From a virus (lineage: Duplodnaviria > Caudoviricetes): 56,667 nucleotides of DNA. Under the pieces are notes generated by a model. It saw only the letters and a program-made list of their open reading frames with translations. It did not search any database and was not told where the DNA came from. A program made the position numbers and the translations under genes. The DNA lies in IMG/VR virus record IMGVR_UViG_3300020440_001567, positions 1-56,667 of that record. The stretch is one strand, 5' to 3'. Every line of letters begins with the position of its first letter. The stretch's first letter is position 1. Shown here piece by piece: positions 1 to 9,069 of this stretch.

Positions 1-984
1 TACTCCTATTGCTGATACCATTGCAATTACTCCACCCAACTTGTCAGGTATTGCTCTCAATATTGCATACCAAGGCAGGAAGTACCATTCAGGTACAATG
101 TGTGGTGGCGTAACCAATGGGTTTGCTTTGATATAGTTGTCTGGGTGTCCTAAATAATTCGGTATAAAAAACATGACGCCACAAAATAAAGTTAAGAAAA
201 CTGCAAATGCCCATAAATCTTTCATAGTAACGTAAGGATGGAAACTTACTGTATCTCTAGTATCCTTTGGCTCAACGCCCATTGGATTATTAGATCCTGT
301 CATGTGTAGTGCTATCACGTGAAACACTACGACGCCAACTATTAAAAATGCAATTAACCAATGTAGCACAAATGCTCTATTTAAAAATGCGTCACCGACT
401 GAATAATCACCCCAGAGCCATATAACCACATCTTCACCGATTAAAGGAATAGCACCAAACAGACTTGTTATCACAGTTGCTCCCCAGAAACTCATCTGTC
501 CCCATGGTAGCACATAACCTAGAAATGCAGTGGCCATCATTAGGAAATAAATTATCAATCCTAAGATCCACATAAGTTCTCTTGGAGATTTATAAGATCC
601 AAAATACAATCCGCGGAACATATGTAGATACACTGCTATAAAAAAGAATGATGCTAGATTCATGTGTGCATATCTCAAAAGCCATCCGCCATTGACGTCA
701 CGCATTATTTTTTCAACAGATTCAAATGCTTCGGCAACTGATGGTTTATAATGCATTCCTAAAACAAGACCAGTAATAATAAGTCCTAGTAATGTGAATG
801 TAAGTATAGCACCGAAACTCCACCAATAGTTTAAGTTCTTAGGCACTTGGAAATCCAAGTACTCATGTTTGAACATTCTAAATATAGGCAGTCTGTTGTC
901 CAACCAACCCAACACTCCTGTGAACGGTGATGAGTTTTCAGATACCTTGTTAGTTTTTACTGGTTTATAATCTTTTTCTGACAT
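1..984 (-). CDS. petB: Cytochrome b subunit of the bc1 complex (3' end beyond window; absent from the ORF track)
   Basis: Manual translation from ATG at 984: MSEKDYKP...[11 protein letters not shown]...[32 protein letters not shown]...[15 protein letters not shown]...LHWLIAF...FHVIALH...HPY...[19 protein letters not shown]. Four heme-ligating His and the PEWY Qo motif are present. Confidence 0.96.
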   Translation of the reverse strand, partial: MSEKDYKPVKTNKVSENSSPFTGVLGWLDNRLPIFRMFKHEYLDFQVPKNLNYWWSFGAILTFTLLGLIITGLVLGMHYKPSVAEAFESVEKIMRDVNGGWLLRYAHMNLASFFFIAVYLHMFRGLYFGSYKSPRELMWILGLIIYFLMMATAFLGYVLPWGQMSFWGATVITSLFGAIPLIGEDVVIWLWGDYSVGDAFLNRAFVLHWLIAFLIVGVVVFHVIALHMTGSNNPMGVEPKDTRDTVSFHPYVTMKDLWAFAVFLTLFCGVMFFIPNYLGHPDNYIKANPLVTPPHIVPEWYFLPWYAILRAIPDKLGGVIAMVSAIGV

Positions 985-989
985 ATCGT

Positions 990-1019
990 ATTATAGACGT
1001 AGTTATATTTTTTTGTCAA
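990..1019 (-). promoter_or_regulatory. sigma70-type promoter of petB (likely leaderless mRNA)
   Basis: TTGACA-18 nt-TATAAT, then only 5 nt before the petB ATG. Confidence 0.8.
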
Positions 1020-1030
1020 GTATGTACGTT

Positions 1031-1159
1031 TTAGCACTCGGTACGTTGGAAATATTGATCAGCAAATCTGGCTTCAATTTCTCGCAATAAGTCTTCTGCT
1101 AAATGCTGATCATTCTTGACAAGTAATTCAACTAAATGCTCCTTTTCCTGTTGTTTCAA
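1031..1159 (-). CDS. Possible small hypothetical protein (42 aa, TTG start)
   Basis: Open frame MKQQEKEHLVELLVKND...QRTEC*; its TTG start overlaps the upstream TGA stop and it fills the gap. Confidence 0.35.
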   Translation of the reverse strand: MKQQEKEHLVELLVKNDQHLAEDLLREIEARFADQYFQRTEC

Positions 1160-1410
1160 CCTTCTAATTTTCTCAATGATTCTTTGTACTTTGATGCCGT
1201 CCATATCCAAAATTCCTGCTCCTTTATGTGTTCGACCGCATCTACGAACTCTTTGTAAGATGCTTGTCTATAAGGTGTGATATTCCTAAACCAAATTGGA
1301 CTTTTGCAAATTGTGTTTGCATTTTTATCGTGTATTTCGTGTGATATCTTATTAAATCCATCACTATCTCTGTCGTAAGATGGTTTATATACATAACCTT
1401 TGTATTGCAT
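1156..1410 (-). CDS. Hypothetical protein
   Basis: ORF; AAGGAG RBS precedes ATG at 1410; TTGACA at 1444-1449. Confidence 0.65.
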   Translation of the reverse strand: MQYKGYVYKPSYDRDSDGFNKISHEIHDKNANTICKSPIWFRNITPYRQASYKEFVDAVEHIKEQEFWIWTASKYKESLRKLEG

Positions 1411-1449
1411 TGCCACTCCTTATACTAGCAAATGTGTGTGTGTTGTCAA

Positions 1450-1794
1450 CTAATCTATAAGTTTTTTTGAAAGAAATGTCTTTGTTTTTGACGTGACGTC
1501 TTTTTTTAATCTAGGAATATCAAATTTTAGGTCTAATTTTCTAATATTTTTATAATTCGTTTCTAACGTTTTTTTAAGAACCATCACAACCTTTCTAGCG
1601 GAATCCTTTTTAAGTTCCTTCGTTATATCATAATGAATTATTAATCCATTCCTTAAATTTATATTGATATAACTTACGTATTGAATGGGTAAATTTGAAT
1701 AGTTTAGACCCTCCAAAACCTCGGGCCATTCCTTAACAAAATCTTTTGCTAAGGTGACCCAAGTATGATTATTTCTTTTTGGATTTTTTGGCAT
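1450..1794 (-). CDS. Hypothetical protein
   Basis: 114-aa ORF overlapping its upstream neighbour in operon fashion. Confidence 0.7.
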   Translation of the reverse strand: MPKNPKRNNHTWVTLAKDFVKEWPEVLEGLNYSNLPIQYVSYININLRNGLIIHYDITKELKKDSARKVVMVLKKTLETNYKNIRKLDLKFDIPRLKKDVTSKTKTFLSKKLID

Positions 1795-2299
1795 CAGTAA
1801 CTTCTTTTGCGGTTGCTATTGTAGTCACTTCAGCATCAGGTTCTTTGATTGCTAATTCAGAAACTTCAACGCCTTTGTCTTTGGCGATTGCCTTATTAAG
1901 TTCTGATAAAACAATTTCTCCATCTTTGGATGCACCGTAGGTTACTGTTATATCTGATGTAGCCATCTTTTTAATAAAATTATTATTGTGAAGATAAGCC
2001 ATCATGTTAACACCGTCAGCGAACATCTGTCTTGGAAGATATTCACCTAATTCGTTTGATGTTTGCCCTTCCGGTGATTCAACTGCCTTTTGTAGTGAAT
2101 CTTGATAGTCCGCACTTAAGAATTTAGGTGCTACTACCAAACAGTTTTCTGGTTCTTCAGGCACAGTTCTAAATAAGATTACAACTGGTGTTTTAGTTTC
2201 GGTCAGCATTCCAATATGTTTAAATATTTTTCTTTTTGCTAGAGCCTCCGCTTCTGCCGTGTTAGAGTCCATAACCATTTTGTCATAAAGGTTTAACAT
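1769..2299 (-). CDS. Hypothetical phage protein
   Basis: 176-aa ORF with GGAG RBS, abutting the upstream gene. Confidence 0.75.
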   Translation of the reverse strand: MLNLYDKMVMDSNTAEAEALAKRKIFKHIGMLTETKTPVVILFRTVPEEPENCLVVAPKFLSADYQDSLQKAVESPEGQTSNELGEYLPRQMFADGVNMMAYLHNNNFIKKMATSDITVTYGASKDGEIVLSELNKAIAKDKGVEVSELAIKEPDAEVTTIATAKEVTDAKKSKKK

Positions 2300-2605
2300 C
2301 TATTCTCCTTTCTTCTCATCGCTTTTTTTGGTATCATCTTCCTTCTTCTCAGGTGGAGATACCTTTGCTAAAAACGATTGAAGTTTATTATAAACCATTC
2401 CAACCATCGCCATTTCATTGGCTCTAAACGCACCTCTCGTTGAGGCTACATCTATGACAGTTGCAAGGTTCTTTAGATCTCCAATGCTCAAATCACTCTG
2501 AGGAGCACCTGCTGGTGCAGTGCCTTGAGTTTGAGCAGGACCATTAGCAGTTGCCGTTTGTGGCGTTGCCTTGGATTTACTTGCTTTTTTTGTTTTTGTT
2601 GCCAT
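2300..2605 (-). CDS. Hypothetical phage protein (low-complexity N-terminus, helical core)
   Basis: AGGAG RBS; consensus promoter upstream. Confidence 0.75.
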   Translation of the reverse strand: MATKTKKASKSKATPQTATANGPAQTQGTAPAGAPQSDLSIGDLKNLATVIDVASTRGAFRANEMAMVGMVYNKLQSFLAKVSPPEKKEDDTKKSDEKKGE

Positions 2606-2640
2606 ATTATATTTTCTCCTAATTGCAATTAGTACTTGAC

Positions 2641-2669
2641 ATTATAACAATATTAGTTATAGATGTCAA
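2641..2669 (-). promoter_or_regulatory. Perfect sigma70 promoter within an imperfect palindrome
   Basis: TTGACA-17 nt-TATAAT on the minus strand. Confidence 0.8.
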
Positions 2670-2691
2670 ATTTTTATTTAGATGAATGTGG

Positions 2692-2949
2692 CTATGATGA
2701 TACTTGCAAACCGCTCAAAGCAAACAGTGTTAGGTCGCTTGGTTCTTCAAAACCAATTTTGTATCTTATGTAACCTTTATTGTTTTTTAGTGATACATCT
2801 TTGGTAATTGAGTATCTCCCATTGCAATTTTGGTAAACCCAATTCTTTATTCCATGGACATCGCTATCTCTTATATTAAGAAATGTCGTGGTAAAATGCG
2901 GCATACATTTTGTCTCTCTTTGAAAAAAATTTAAACTATTGATTTTCAT
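2692..2949 (-). CDS. Hypothetical protein
   Basis: 85-aa ORF overlapping the stop of the VWA gene. Confidence 0.65.
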   Translation of the reverse strand: MKINSLNFFQRETKCMPHFTTTFLNIRDSDVHGIKNWVYQNCNGRYSITKDVSLKNNKGYIRYKIGFEEPSDLTLFALSGLQVSS

Positions 2950-4165
2950 CGTGATACAAAGTTAATCCAAAGGGTGCTTCTATGTTTCTATCATATGGAT
3001 TATTAATTAGAAATATTGTGTCACAATAATCTCTATCTCCCCAAGTTCCAAATGGCCAACCATCTGTGAACATAACAAATTTTTTAGGAACAATCTCATT
3101 GTCTTTCATATATTCCCAATTACATTCAAACTCTGTGCCTCCGCCTGAACCTAATTTGTAATCTAATAATTCTTCTCTATTTTCAGGTGTGAACACTTTT
3201 GGATTGAAAACTTCCGTATCAAAACTCCATACGTGTATTTTAAAATCCTTGTATTGATCCATGATACCATTTATTTCTGATAAAAAATCTTTACACTGGT
3301 CATTGCTTATTGATCCACTGGCATCGAGAGCGATACAAATATCAATCATCTCTTCGTTATCTTGGCCTGGTAAAACTGCTGACGTGTGCCATGCTTTCCT
3401 GCTAGGCCTCATCCAAGTATAATCAGACTTCACAGTGCTCATGATCTGTTGTTGCAGTATTTCTCTCCAGTCCATTTTAGGTTCTGTCAACTGCTTCACT
3501 AATCTTTGTAATGCACCGGGTAGGTTACCTGCCCCAGTTGATTGTGCGGCACTTATCATTGCTTCTTTTACTTCGTCTTTGATTTTTTTCAATTCTTCTT
3601 TAGAATATGTTGGAGCACCTCCATTTGCTTTTTTGCCCTTGCCATTTTTCTTATCTCCTGATCCGTCGTCGGATAAGTCTATGTGTTCATCGAGAAGTTT
3701 TCCTAGTTTATCTAGGTCAATTACTTTTGCTTTTTTAAGCAATTCAGCATATATCTTTTCAACAGGCCAATCTTTATACTTGTCATCTTGGAATCCTTTA
3801 TCTTTGCCTTTAGCATCTTTAGGCATCTCACCGATATTGTAGTCAACAAGTATTTGATTCACCGCGTAGTCGGCCGCTATATTCCAAAGTCTAGGATCGC
3901 TCTTGTTGGCACGTAAGGCAAAATGTTCAAATACATTGTGCAACACTTCATGGCCAAATAAGAACTCTGTTTCTTGCGGTGTGAGGCTGTGTATAAATTC
4001 AGTATTGTAATAAAAGAATCTACCATCAGTCGCCGCGGTAGGACACCAGTCATCAGCATTGACAATTTTTAACCTAGTGGCTAGGTTACCAAAGAATGGA
4101 TGTTTAAGAAGCAGTCCAATTCTTCCTGTGACTAGTTTGTCTACGATCTGTTCTGGTGTTGCCAT
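2936..4165 (-). CDS. VWA-like domain protein with N-terminal HExxH metallopeptidase-like domain (DUF2201-type)
   Basis: TAATDG, HEVLH; C-terminal MIDAS DASGS...GGGT...FTDG. Confidence 0.85.
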   Translation of the reverse strand: MATPEQIVDKLVTGRIGLLLKHPFFGNLATRLKIVNADDWCPTAATDGRFFYYNTEFIHSLTPQETEFLFGHEVLHNVFEHFALRANKSDPRLWNIAADYAVNQILVDYNIGEMPKDAKGKDKGFQDDKYKDWPVEKIYAELLKKAKVIDLDKLGKLLDEHIDLSDDGSGDKKNGKGKKANGGAPTYSKEELKKIKDEVKEAMISAAQSTGAGNLPGALQRLVKQLTEPKMDWREILQQQIMSTVKSDYTWMRPSRKAWHTSAVLPGQDNEEMIDICIALDASGSISNDQCKDFLSEINGIMDQYKDFKIHVWSFDTEVFNPKVFTPENREELLDYKLGSGGGTEFECNWEYMKDNEIVPKKFVMFTDGWPFGTWGDRDYCDTIFLINNPYDRNIEAPFGLTLYHDENQ

Positions 4166-5271
4166 TATTTAGAATCCATAGCAGTTATAACATACTTGCC
4201 AAACTTCTTATGGAACCTATCAAAAGATTTCAACTTGCTAGGATCGAACGGAAGTTTGTAATTTGTTAAGGCAACCTTGGCTCCCATAACAACCAACTCT
4301 GTCTCGAAGTTGTCCATCATGTAGTCAAAGAACCTGTCTGCCATCTCATTCCAATTTTTTGCTTTCTTCTGATGAGCCTGTTGTAATTCATAACAAAGGC
4401 TGATGGTCAAAGAATACATTGCAGATATTTCTTTACATTTAAGATCTCTGACCTTACCAATAAGGATATCTGAAGGATTTGGTAACTGGCCGCTCACCTT
4501 ACGGTGATTCATAAACTTAACGGCCAGTCCTTCGCCAACGGCACCTGCCACGAGGTCAGTGAGTGTATTTTCAGGCAAGGCATCGTCTAGAAGTTCTGAT
4601 ACGAAACTCCAAGATCTTGGAGTCGCAAACGATCTTGATGAACCTTTAGGATCAAAATCATAAAGGTCTTGTTTTGCAAATGTGCAATAACCTACAACGT
4701 CAGGATGGATATGATTAGCAGTTGCCCAACCTAACCAGTCTTCGTAATCTACTGCAAGTTCGATATGCACAAATCTATTTGCCAACGGTGCAGGCATTCT
4801 ATAAGTGACACCTTTATCACTTTCTCTATTACCAGCGGCAACTATTGCAACGCCTTCTGGTAATTTATATTGTCCTACACGTCTATTAAGAATTAATTGA
4901 TAAGCCGCCGCCTGTACACTAGGCGCCGCTGAATTTAATTCGTCTAAGAAAACTATTGCCGTAGACTTTGGATCCGAAGGAAGTTCAGACGGTTGTGCCC
5001 AAACCATATTGTTTTCGTTTGAATTGTAATAAGGAATACCTTTAATATCTGTTGGTTCCCACAGAGACAACCTTATGTCAATAACTTGTCTATCTTGCGT
5101 TTCACCTATTTGGTGGATAATATCTGATTTGCCAATACCTGGGGGACCCCACATCATTATTGGTCTTTTTAAAGCGATGCAATGTTCTAAACTTGCTTTT
5201 GCTTCATTGGGCGAAACTGTTCTGTTCTGAGAACCTGTTGCTTTTGTTTCTTGTTTAGTTTTTCTGACCAT
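4165..5271 (-). CDS. MoxR/AAA_5-like AAA+ ATPase
   Basis: Walker A GPPGIGKS, Walker B VFLDE, AAGN, PLANRF, TPRSW; coupled to the VWA gene. Confidence 0.88.
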   Translation of the reverse strand: MVRKTKQETKATGSQNRTVSPNEAKASLEHCIALKRPIMMWGPPGIGKSDIIHQIGETQDRQVIDIRLSLWEPTDIKGIPYYNSNENNMVWAQPSELPSDPKSTAIVFLDELNSAAPSVQAAAYQLILNRRVGQYKLPEGVAIVAAGNRESDKGVTYRMPAPLANRFVHIELAVDYEDWLGWATANHIHPDVVGYCTFAKQDLYDFDPKGSSRSFATPRSWSFVSELLDDALPENTLTDLVAGAVGEGLAVKFMNHRKVSGQLPNPSDILIGKVRDLKCKEISAMYSLTISLCYELQQAHQKKAKNWNEMADRFFDYMMDNFETELVVMGAKVALTNYKLPFDPSKLKSFDRFHKKFGKYVITAMDSK

Positions 5272-5371
5272 TTATACACTCCTGTTAATTTGTTTATAAT
5301 ACAATAATAGCAGGATTATGTTATATGTCAACCTGGTAAAACTAAAAAAAAGTCGCTATTTTACTAGGTTT

Positions 5372-6046
5372 TTAATGAAAATTTTTATTGATGTTTTGTA
5401 GTGCCGATACTATATCTTGTCTATAACCTATAGACAATATTATTCTTGGTTCTTTGGAATCATTGAATCCGCCATGTGGCAATTTTGTATTGAATATAAT
5501 TGGTTTTTTAACATCGTTAGTTTCAGTTAATTCAGGTTGATGTTGGAAATGCCCTTTCATTTTACCATCATGTGCATAATCTCTCCAACTAGGATAAGAA
5601 GCCCCACTAGTATTTTCTACAAATTTATTAAGATGTGTTGCCTCGTCACTTTTGCTTATTACTATTCCTGATCTATCATGATCAACAACCAAAGGAAAAT
5701 TTACTGCACACGACCTAGTTGAATCAATGTGTAATGGATCTTTTCTACCAGGCATTGCTATAAACAAAGTCATTGCATAAAAATCACCAAAATCGTCATA
5801 AACTTTTTGTGGTATCACTTTTTTCCTGCAACACACTTGGAAAAAAGATTCGCTAAAAAATATTAATTTGCCAAAAAGGTCTTCGTCAGTTCTAACACTT
5901 TCTTCTCTAAAATCTTGTTTGCCTTCCCAATTATTATTTTTATAAGTTTTATGTATATCAAATATTTCTTCTTTATGCTTCAACCATTCAACTTTGTATT
6001 GCTCAAAATAGTCCACAGGAAAATTTTCTAATATTTTATAAATCAT
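5372..6046 (-). CDS. Putative 2OG-Fe(II) oxygenase/cupin-fold protein
   Basis: HxD (PLHID) ... H (LPHG) ... R (PRIILS) pattern. Confidence 0.55.
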   Translation of the reverse strand: MIYKILENFPVDYFEQYKVEWLKHKEEIFDIHKTYKNNNWEGKQDFREESVRTDEDLFGKLIFFSESFFQVCCRKKVIPQKVYDDFGDFYAMTLFIAMPGRKDPLHIDSTRSCAVNFPLVVDHDRSGIVISKSDEATHLNKFVENTSGASYPSWRDYAHDGKMKGHFQHQPELTETNDVKKPIIFNTKLPHGGFNDSKEPRIILSIGYRQDIVSALQNINKNFH

Positions 6047-6438
6047 TGATCTTTTTTCTCGTCTGCTTTACTCATAGCACGTGCCAGTCCATATTTTGTA
6101 ATATCGCCTGCAAACATCATCAATTGTAGAGCCATCTTTTCCATTGTAACTACAATCTGTTTCTTATCAACAAAGTAAGGACAATCAACAAATTCATCTA
6201 ACCAAAGATAAGTCTGTGGTGTAAAAACAATTTTTGCAGGAAATTTAATGCTATACGTTTTGACATCACATTGCTCAACAAATTCTAAACCTATCTTGGT
6301 AAGCCTTAATGACCTTGCACTATATTTTTCTCTTACATTTTGCCACCAAGTAAAATATGCTTTCTTGATGCTTTCTTCGTGGAGAGGTTGTTCTTTAAGC
6401 ATAAGAAAGGTTTGAGTATATGCTGTCTTTACATCCAT
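6043..6438 (-). CDS. Hypothetical phage protein
   Basis: 131-aa ORF in operon. Confidence 0.7.
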   Translation of the reverse strand: MDVKTAYTQTFLMLKEQPLHEESIKKAYFTWWQNVREKYSARSLRLTKIGLEFVEQCDVKTYSIKFPAKIVFTPQTYLWLDEFVDCPYFVDKKQIVVTMEKMALQLMMFAGDITKYGLARAMSKADEKKDQ

Positions 6439-6468
6439 ACTATTAGTTATTTGATTTTTGACTGGCTA

Positions 6469-6756
6469 TTATCTTTTCCACTTTTCACCGGACTTTAACA
6501 AGTAAACATCAAATTTGTCAGTCTTAAATTGGTGATTAAGTTTCTTTGCAAGATTCTCAGCATGACCCGGATTACTAAAAGAGACCTTTTTATATTTTGG
6601 TCCTGGATAATTTGAAACAATGCTAGACGTCTTCAAGTTAATAGGCTTGCCGTCATAAAAGACTGCCCATATGCCTTGTGACGCAAGTACTTCGTCCTGT
6701 TTATAGGATTCTTTGTTTGCGTTAGTTAGTATTACTGTCGGTTTTGGTCTGCTCAT
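6469..6756 (-). CDS. Hypothetical phage protein (MSRPKP...YPGPKYKKVSFSNPGHA)
   Basis: ORF; TAAATA motif at 6767-6772 upstream. Confidence 0.75.
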   Translation of the reverse strand: MSRPKPTVILTNANKESYKQDEVLASQGIWAVFYDGKPINLKTSSIVSNYPGPKYKKVSFSNPGHAENLAKKLNHQFKTDKFDVYLLKSGEKWKR

Positions 6757-6793
6757 AATATACACTTATTTATGGAAAATTAATGTATATTAT

Positions 6794-7030
6794 TTACTTG
6801 GAGAAGTTTCCGCCGTCCATTTCTATATTGACTGTCTGCGATTCTTTTGCTGTCTTTAATGCTTCAATCACATCTTCTTGAACAGTAACAAGCCTTGTCA
6901 TTACCTGTGTTAATGAATCCGATAATTGGTGCATTTCTGTAGCAGATAGACTTATTGATCTATCGTTCTTTGCCTTAGCAGTTCTAACCCTTGCTATGAA
7001 GTCTTCTATTGGTCTAGTTTGTATTTTCAT
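6794..7030 (-). CDS. Hypothetical coiled-coil protein
   Basis: ORF overlapping the upstream gene. Confidence 0.65.
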   Translation of the reverse strand: MKIQTRPIEDFIARVRTAKAKNDRSISLSATEMHQLSDSLTQVMTRLVTVQEDVIEALKTAKESQTVNIEMDGGNFSK

Positions 7031-7544
7031 TATATTCTTTGATTGCATTGTTTAATACTTGTTGCATTTCTATTTTCGATTTCATAGGTCCCTTATGAGG
7101 ATATCTACTTAAAGTAATTACCTTTGGACAATATGCTTTACGCCAACCTTTTTCGAAACAAATAATGTAATAACCTGCACAAAATAAACTTTTGGATTTT
7201 GGAGTTTTAGTATACATAGGTAACTGCTTTTGTACATCGAATAATGGATTAAACGGTTTTTGACTGCACGGAAAACCATGTACCGTATAATCTGTTCCGT
7301 CGTCGTGTTCCACTGCTTCTACGGTACTGTCACCAGGTACGCCTAGCACTATATCGTGTGCAAATATATCGACTCCAAATTTTTGAAAAAGACTTTCTTG
7401 TGTGTGATAAACTTGTCTTCTATCGGCCTTTGATAAGAATATCCAACCGTTGTTGTCTTTTTTTTGTAGGGTGCCTAATTTTTGCCCGTTCTGTTCAACT
7501 ATCCAAAATTTATCTTTGATTAAGGTTTTTGCTTTTATTGTCAT
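7014..7544 (-). CDS. Hypothetical phage protein
   Basis: 176-aa ORF, ATGA-coupled to the exonuclease gene. Confidence 0.75.
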   Translation of the reverse strand: MTIKAKTLIKDKFWIVEQNGQKLGTLQKKDNNGWIFLSKADRRQVYHTQESLFQKFGVDIFAHDIVLGVPGDSTVEAVEHDDGTDYTVHGFPCSQKPFNPLFDVQKQLPMYTKTPKSKSLFCAGYYIICFEKGWRKAYCPKVITLSRYPHKGPMKSKIEMQQVLNNAIKEYNENTN

Positions 7545-8527
7545 GCTACTAGTCTTGCGTTAAATGGTTCAACATATAATTGTGCTTGTTCAGATATTCT
7601 TTGTAAGTCATACTTGGCACAAAATTTCATAAATCTTATTCCTACTTGGCTGACCTGTTTAGTATCTCCAATTGCCTGTGCAATGGTTTGGTCAAGTTCT
7701 TCGATTATAATTTCCGGTTGTGCATGGAGATCAACAAGTAACTTATTACGTTCATAATCATCTAAAACTCTATGTTCTTTGCCTTCATGATCAACCCATT
7801 TGCTTAACATAAGATTATTCCAACTATAACCTTTACTGTTTCTATCTGCAAATGCTTCTTGCAAACCAACTCTGTTTTTTGTACCTTTTGTTCTCACGCC
7901 TGGGTAAGCACTGAAAATATTATCGCTTGGATCACCTCTCATTGCTTTTTCAAACACTATCCACTCGGTGTCTGGCGCAGGTTTTGGCAATTTAGTTTTC
8001 TTATCGATGACAGGGTTTCCTTTTTTATCAAACCAACCTTCATGTGTAATAGTTTGTTCGGTTACTCCATTATATTGTTTTACATTTTTGTTCACCAATT
8101 GGTTTAAATCTTTGTCTGTGCTTAAAATAACGTGTTTTTGATTTGGATGTTTATCGATCCATCTTGCAATCAAATCATCTGCTTCTACTCTAGGATTTCT
8201 TAAAACAGTCACGTTAGTTTTTGTTTTTATAAAATCTACAAAATCGTCATAGCACTCCCAGAACACATCATTTTCTTCTTTTTCTTTTTCTGTCATTGCT
8301 TCTATAAGTTCTTTACGATTACGTTTATAGGGTGCGTAATGATCTTTACGCCAACTACGGCCTTCTAAACAAAATACAACATGACTGCCATCAAAGTCGT
8401 TCCATGCTTTTTTAATTGAGTTTAGAGTGATATGTATAGCCATACCAATTTTTTCAGAAGAGTCTCCTCTTACTACGTGTCTTGCTCTAAAAAAAGTGTT
8501 TGCAGTATCAACCAAAATATGGGTCAT
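7541..8527 (-). CDS. 5'-3' exonuclease / T4 RNase H-like flap endonuclease
   Basis: ILVD, SWRK..Y..YKRNR, EADD, STDKD, GDPSDNI motifs. Confidence 0.9.
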   Translation of the reverse strand: MTHILVDTANTFFRARHVVRGDSSEKIGMAIHITLNSIKKAWNDFDGSHVVFCLEGRSWRKDHYAPYKRNRKELIEAMTEKEKEENDVFWECYDDFVDFIKTKTNVTVLRNPRVEADDLIARWIDKHPNQKHVILSTDKDLNQLVNKNVKQYNGVTEQTITHEGWFDKKGNPVIDKKTKLPKPAPDTEWIVFEKAMRGDPSDNIFSAYPGVRTKGTKNRVGLQEAFADRNSKGYSWNNLMLSKWVDHEGKEHRVLDDYERNKLLVDLHAQPEIIIEELDQTIAQAIGDTKQVSQVGIRFMKFCAKYDLQRISEQAQLYVEPFNARLVA

Positions 8528-8667
8528 TGTCTATCCCCAAAATTCTTTATCAAAAGGTTTTGGAAGTTTTGCTTTTATAGGCTTCCAAATTTTAATTTCA
8601 ATGTCTCCGATAAATTTAGGACGTGGTATAAGCCAGCCTATTATAATGCCAAGTATGATATAACTCA

Positions 8668-9009
8668 TTATGATATCTCCGTCTTGCCGTCTGTACGCCT
8701 GTTTATTTGTACGTATCCACCTGCAACGTCATTGATGCCTTGTTCGTTCCCTATTGTTCTACACAATGTTTGGAACCATCCATCAACAATCTGTTCTTCC
8801 GATTCGCCTTGGTATCCATTTTGTTGAAGCATATTAACAAATTCTTTATTCCAATCTAATTCAAAAAAACCGTTTCTAGGATTATCTGGATTTACATGAA
8901 CGTTTAATACCTTAACCATAGGCTCATCACTTTTGCCTTTTTTAGACGTTGACTTTTTACTTGTTGTTGTTTTTTTTACTCTCATATTTGTCTTTTTTTC
9001 TGTTGTCAT
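8668..9009 (-). CDS. Hypothetical phage protein
   Basis: ORF with GAGG RBS; TAGACA-17-TACAAT upstream. Confidence 0.7.
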   Translation of the reverse strand: MTTEKKTNMRVKKTTTSKKSTSKKGKSDEPMVKVLNVHVNPDNPRNGFFELDWNKEFVNMLQQNGYQGESEEQIVDGWFQTLCRTIGNEQGINDVAGGYVQINRRTDGKTEIS

Positions 9010-9069
9010 TTTATACGCCTCATTTATTTGTATATTGTACAATAATTTACACTTATTGTCTACTGTTTT

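Noticed and set aside
1-984. Mitochondrial or host-chromosome origin of the window based on cytochrome b and metabolic genes
   Set aside because: Trp is encoded by TGG in the standard code, there is no petA, and the context has PolB, clamp loader, spanins, baseplate genes and late promoters; a chimera at the edge cannot be fully excluded without reads
1433-1443. (TG)5 tract in a promoter spacer as a phase-variation switch
   Set aside because: Too short to distinguish from chance without population reads
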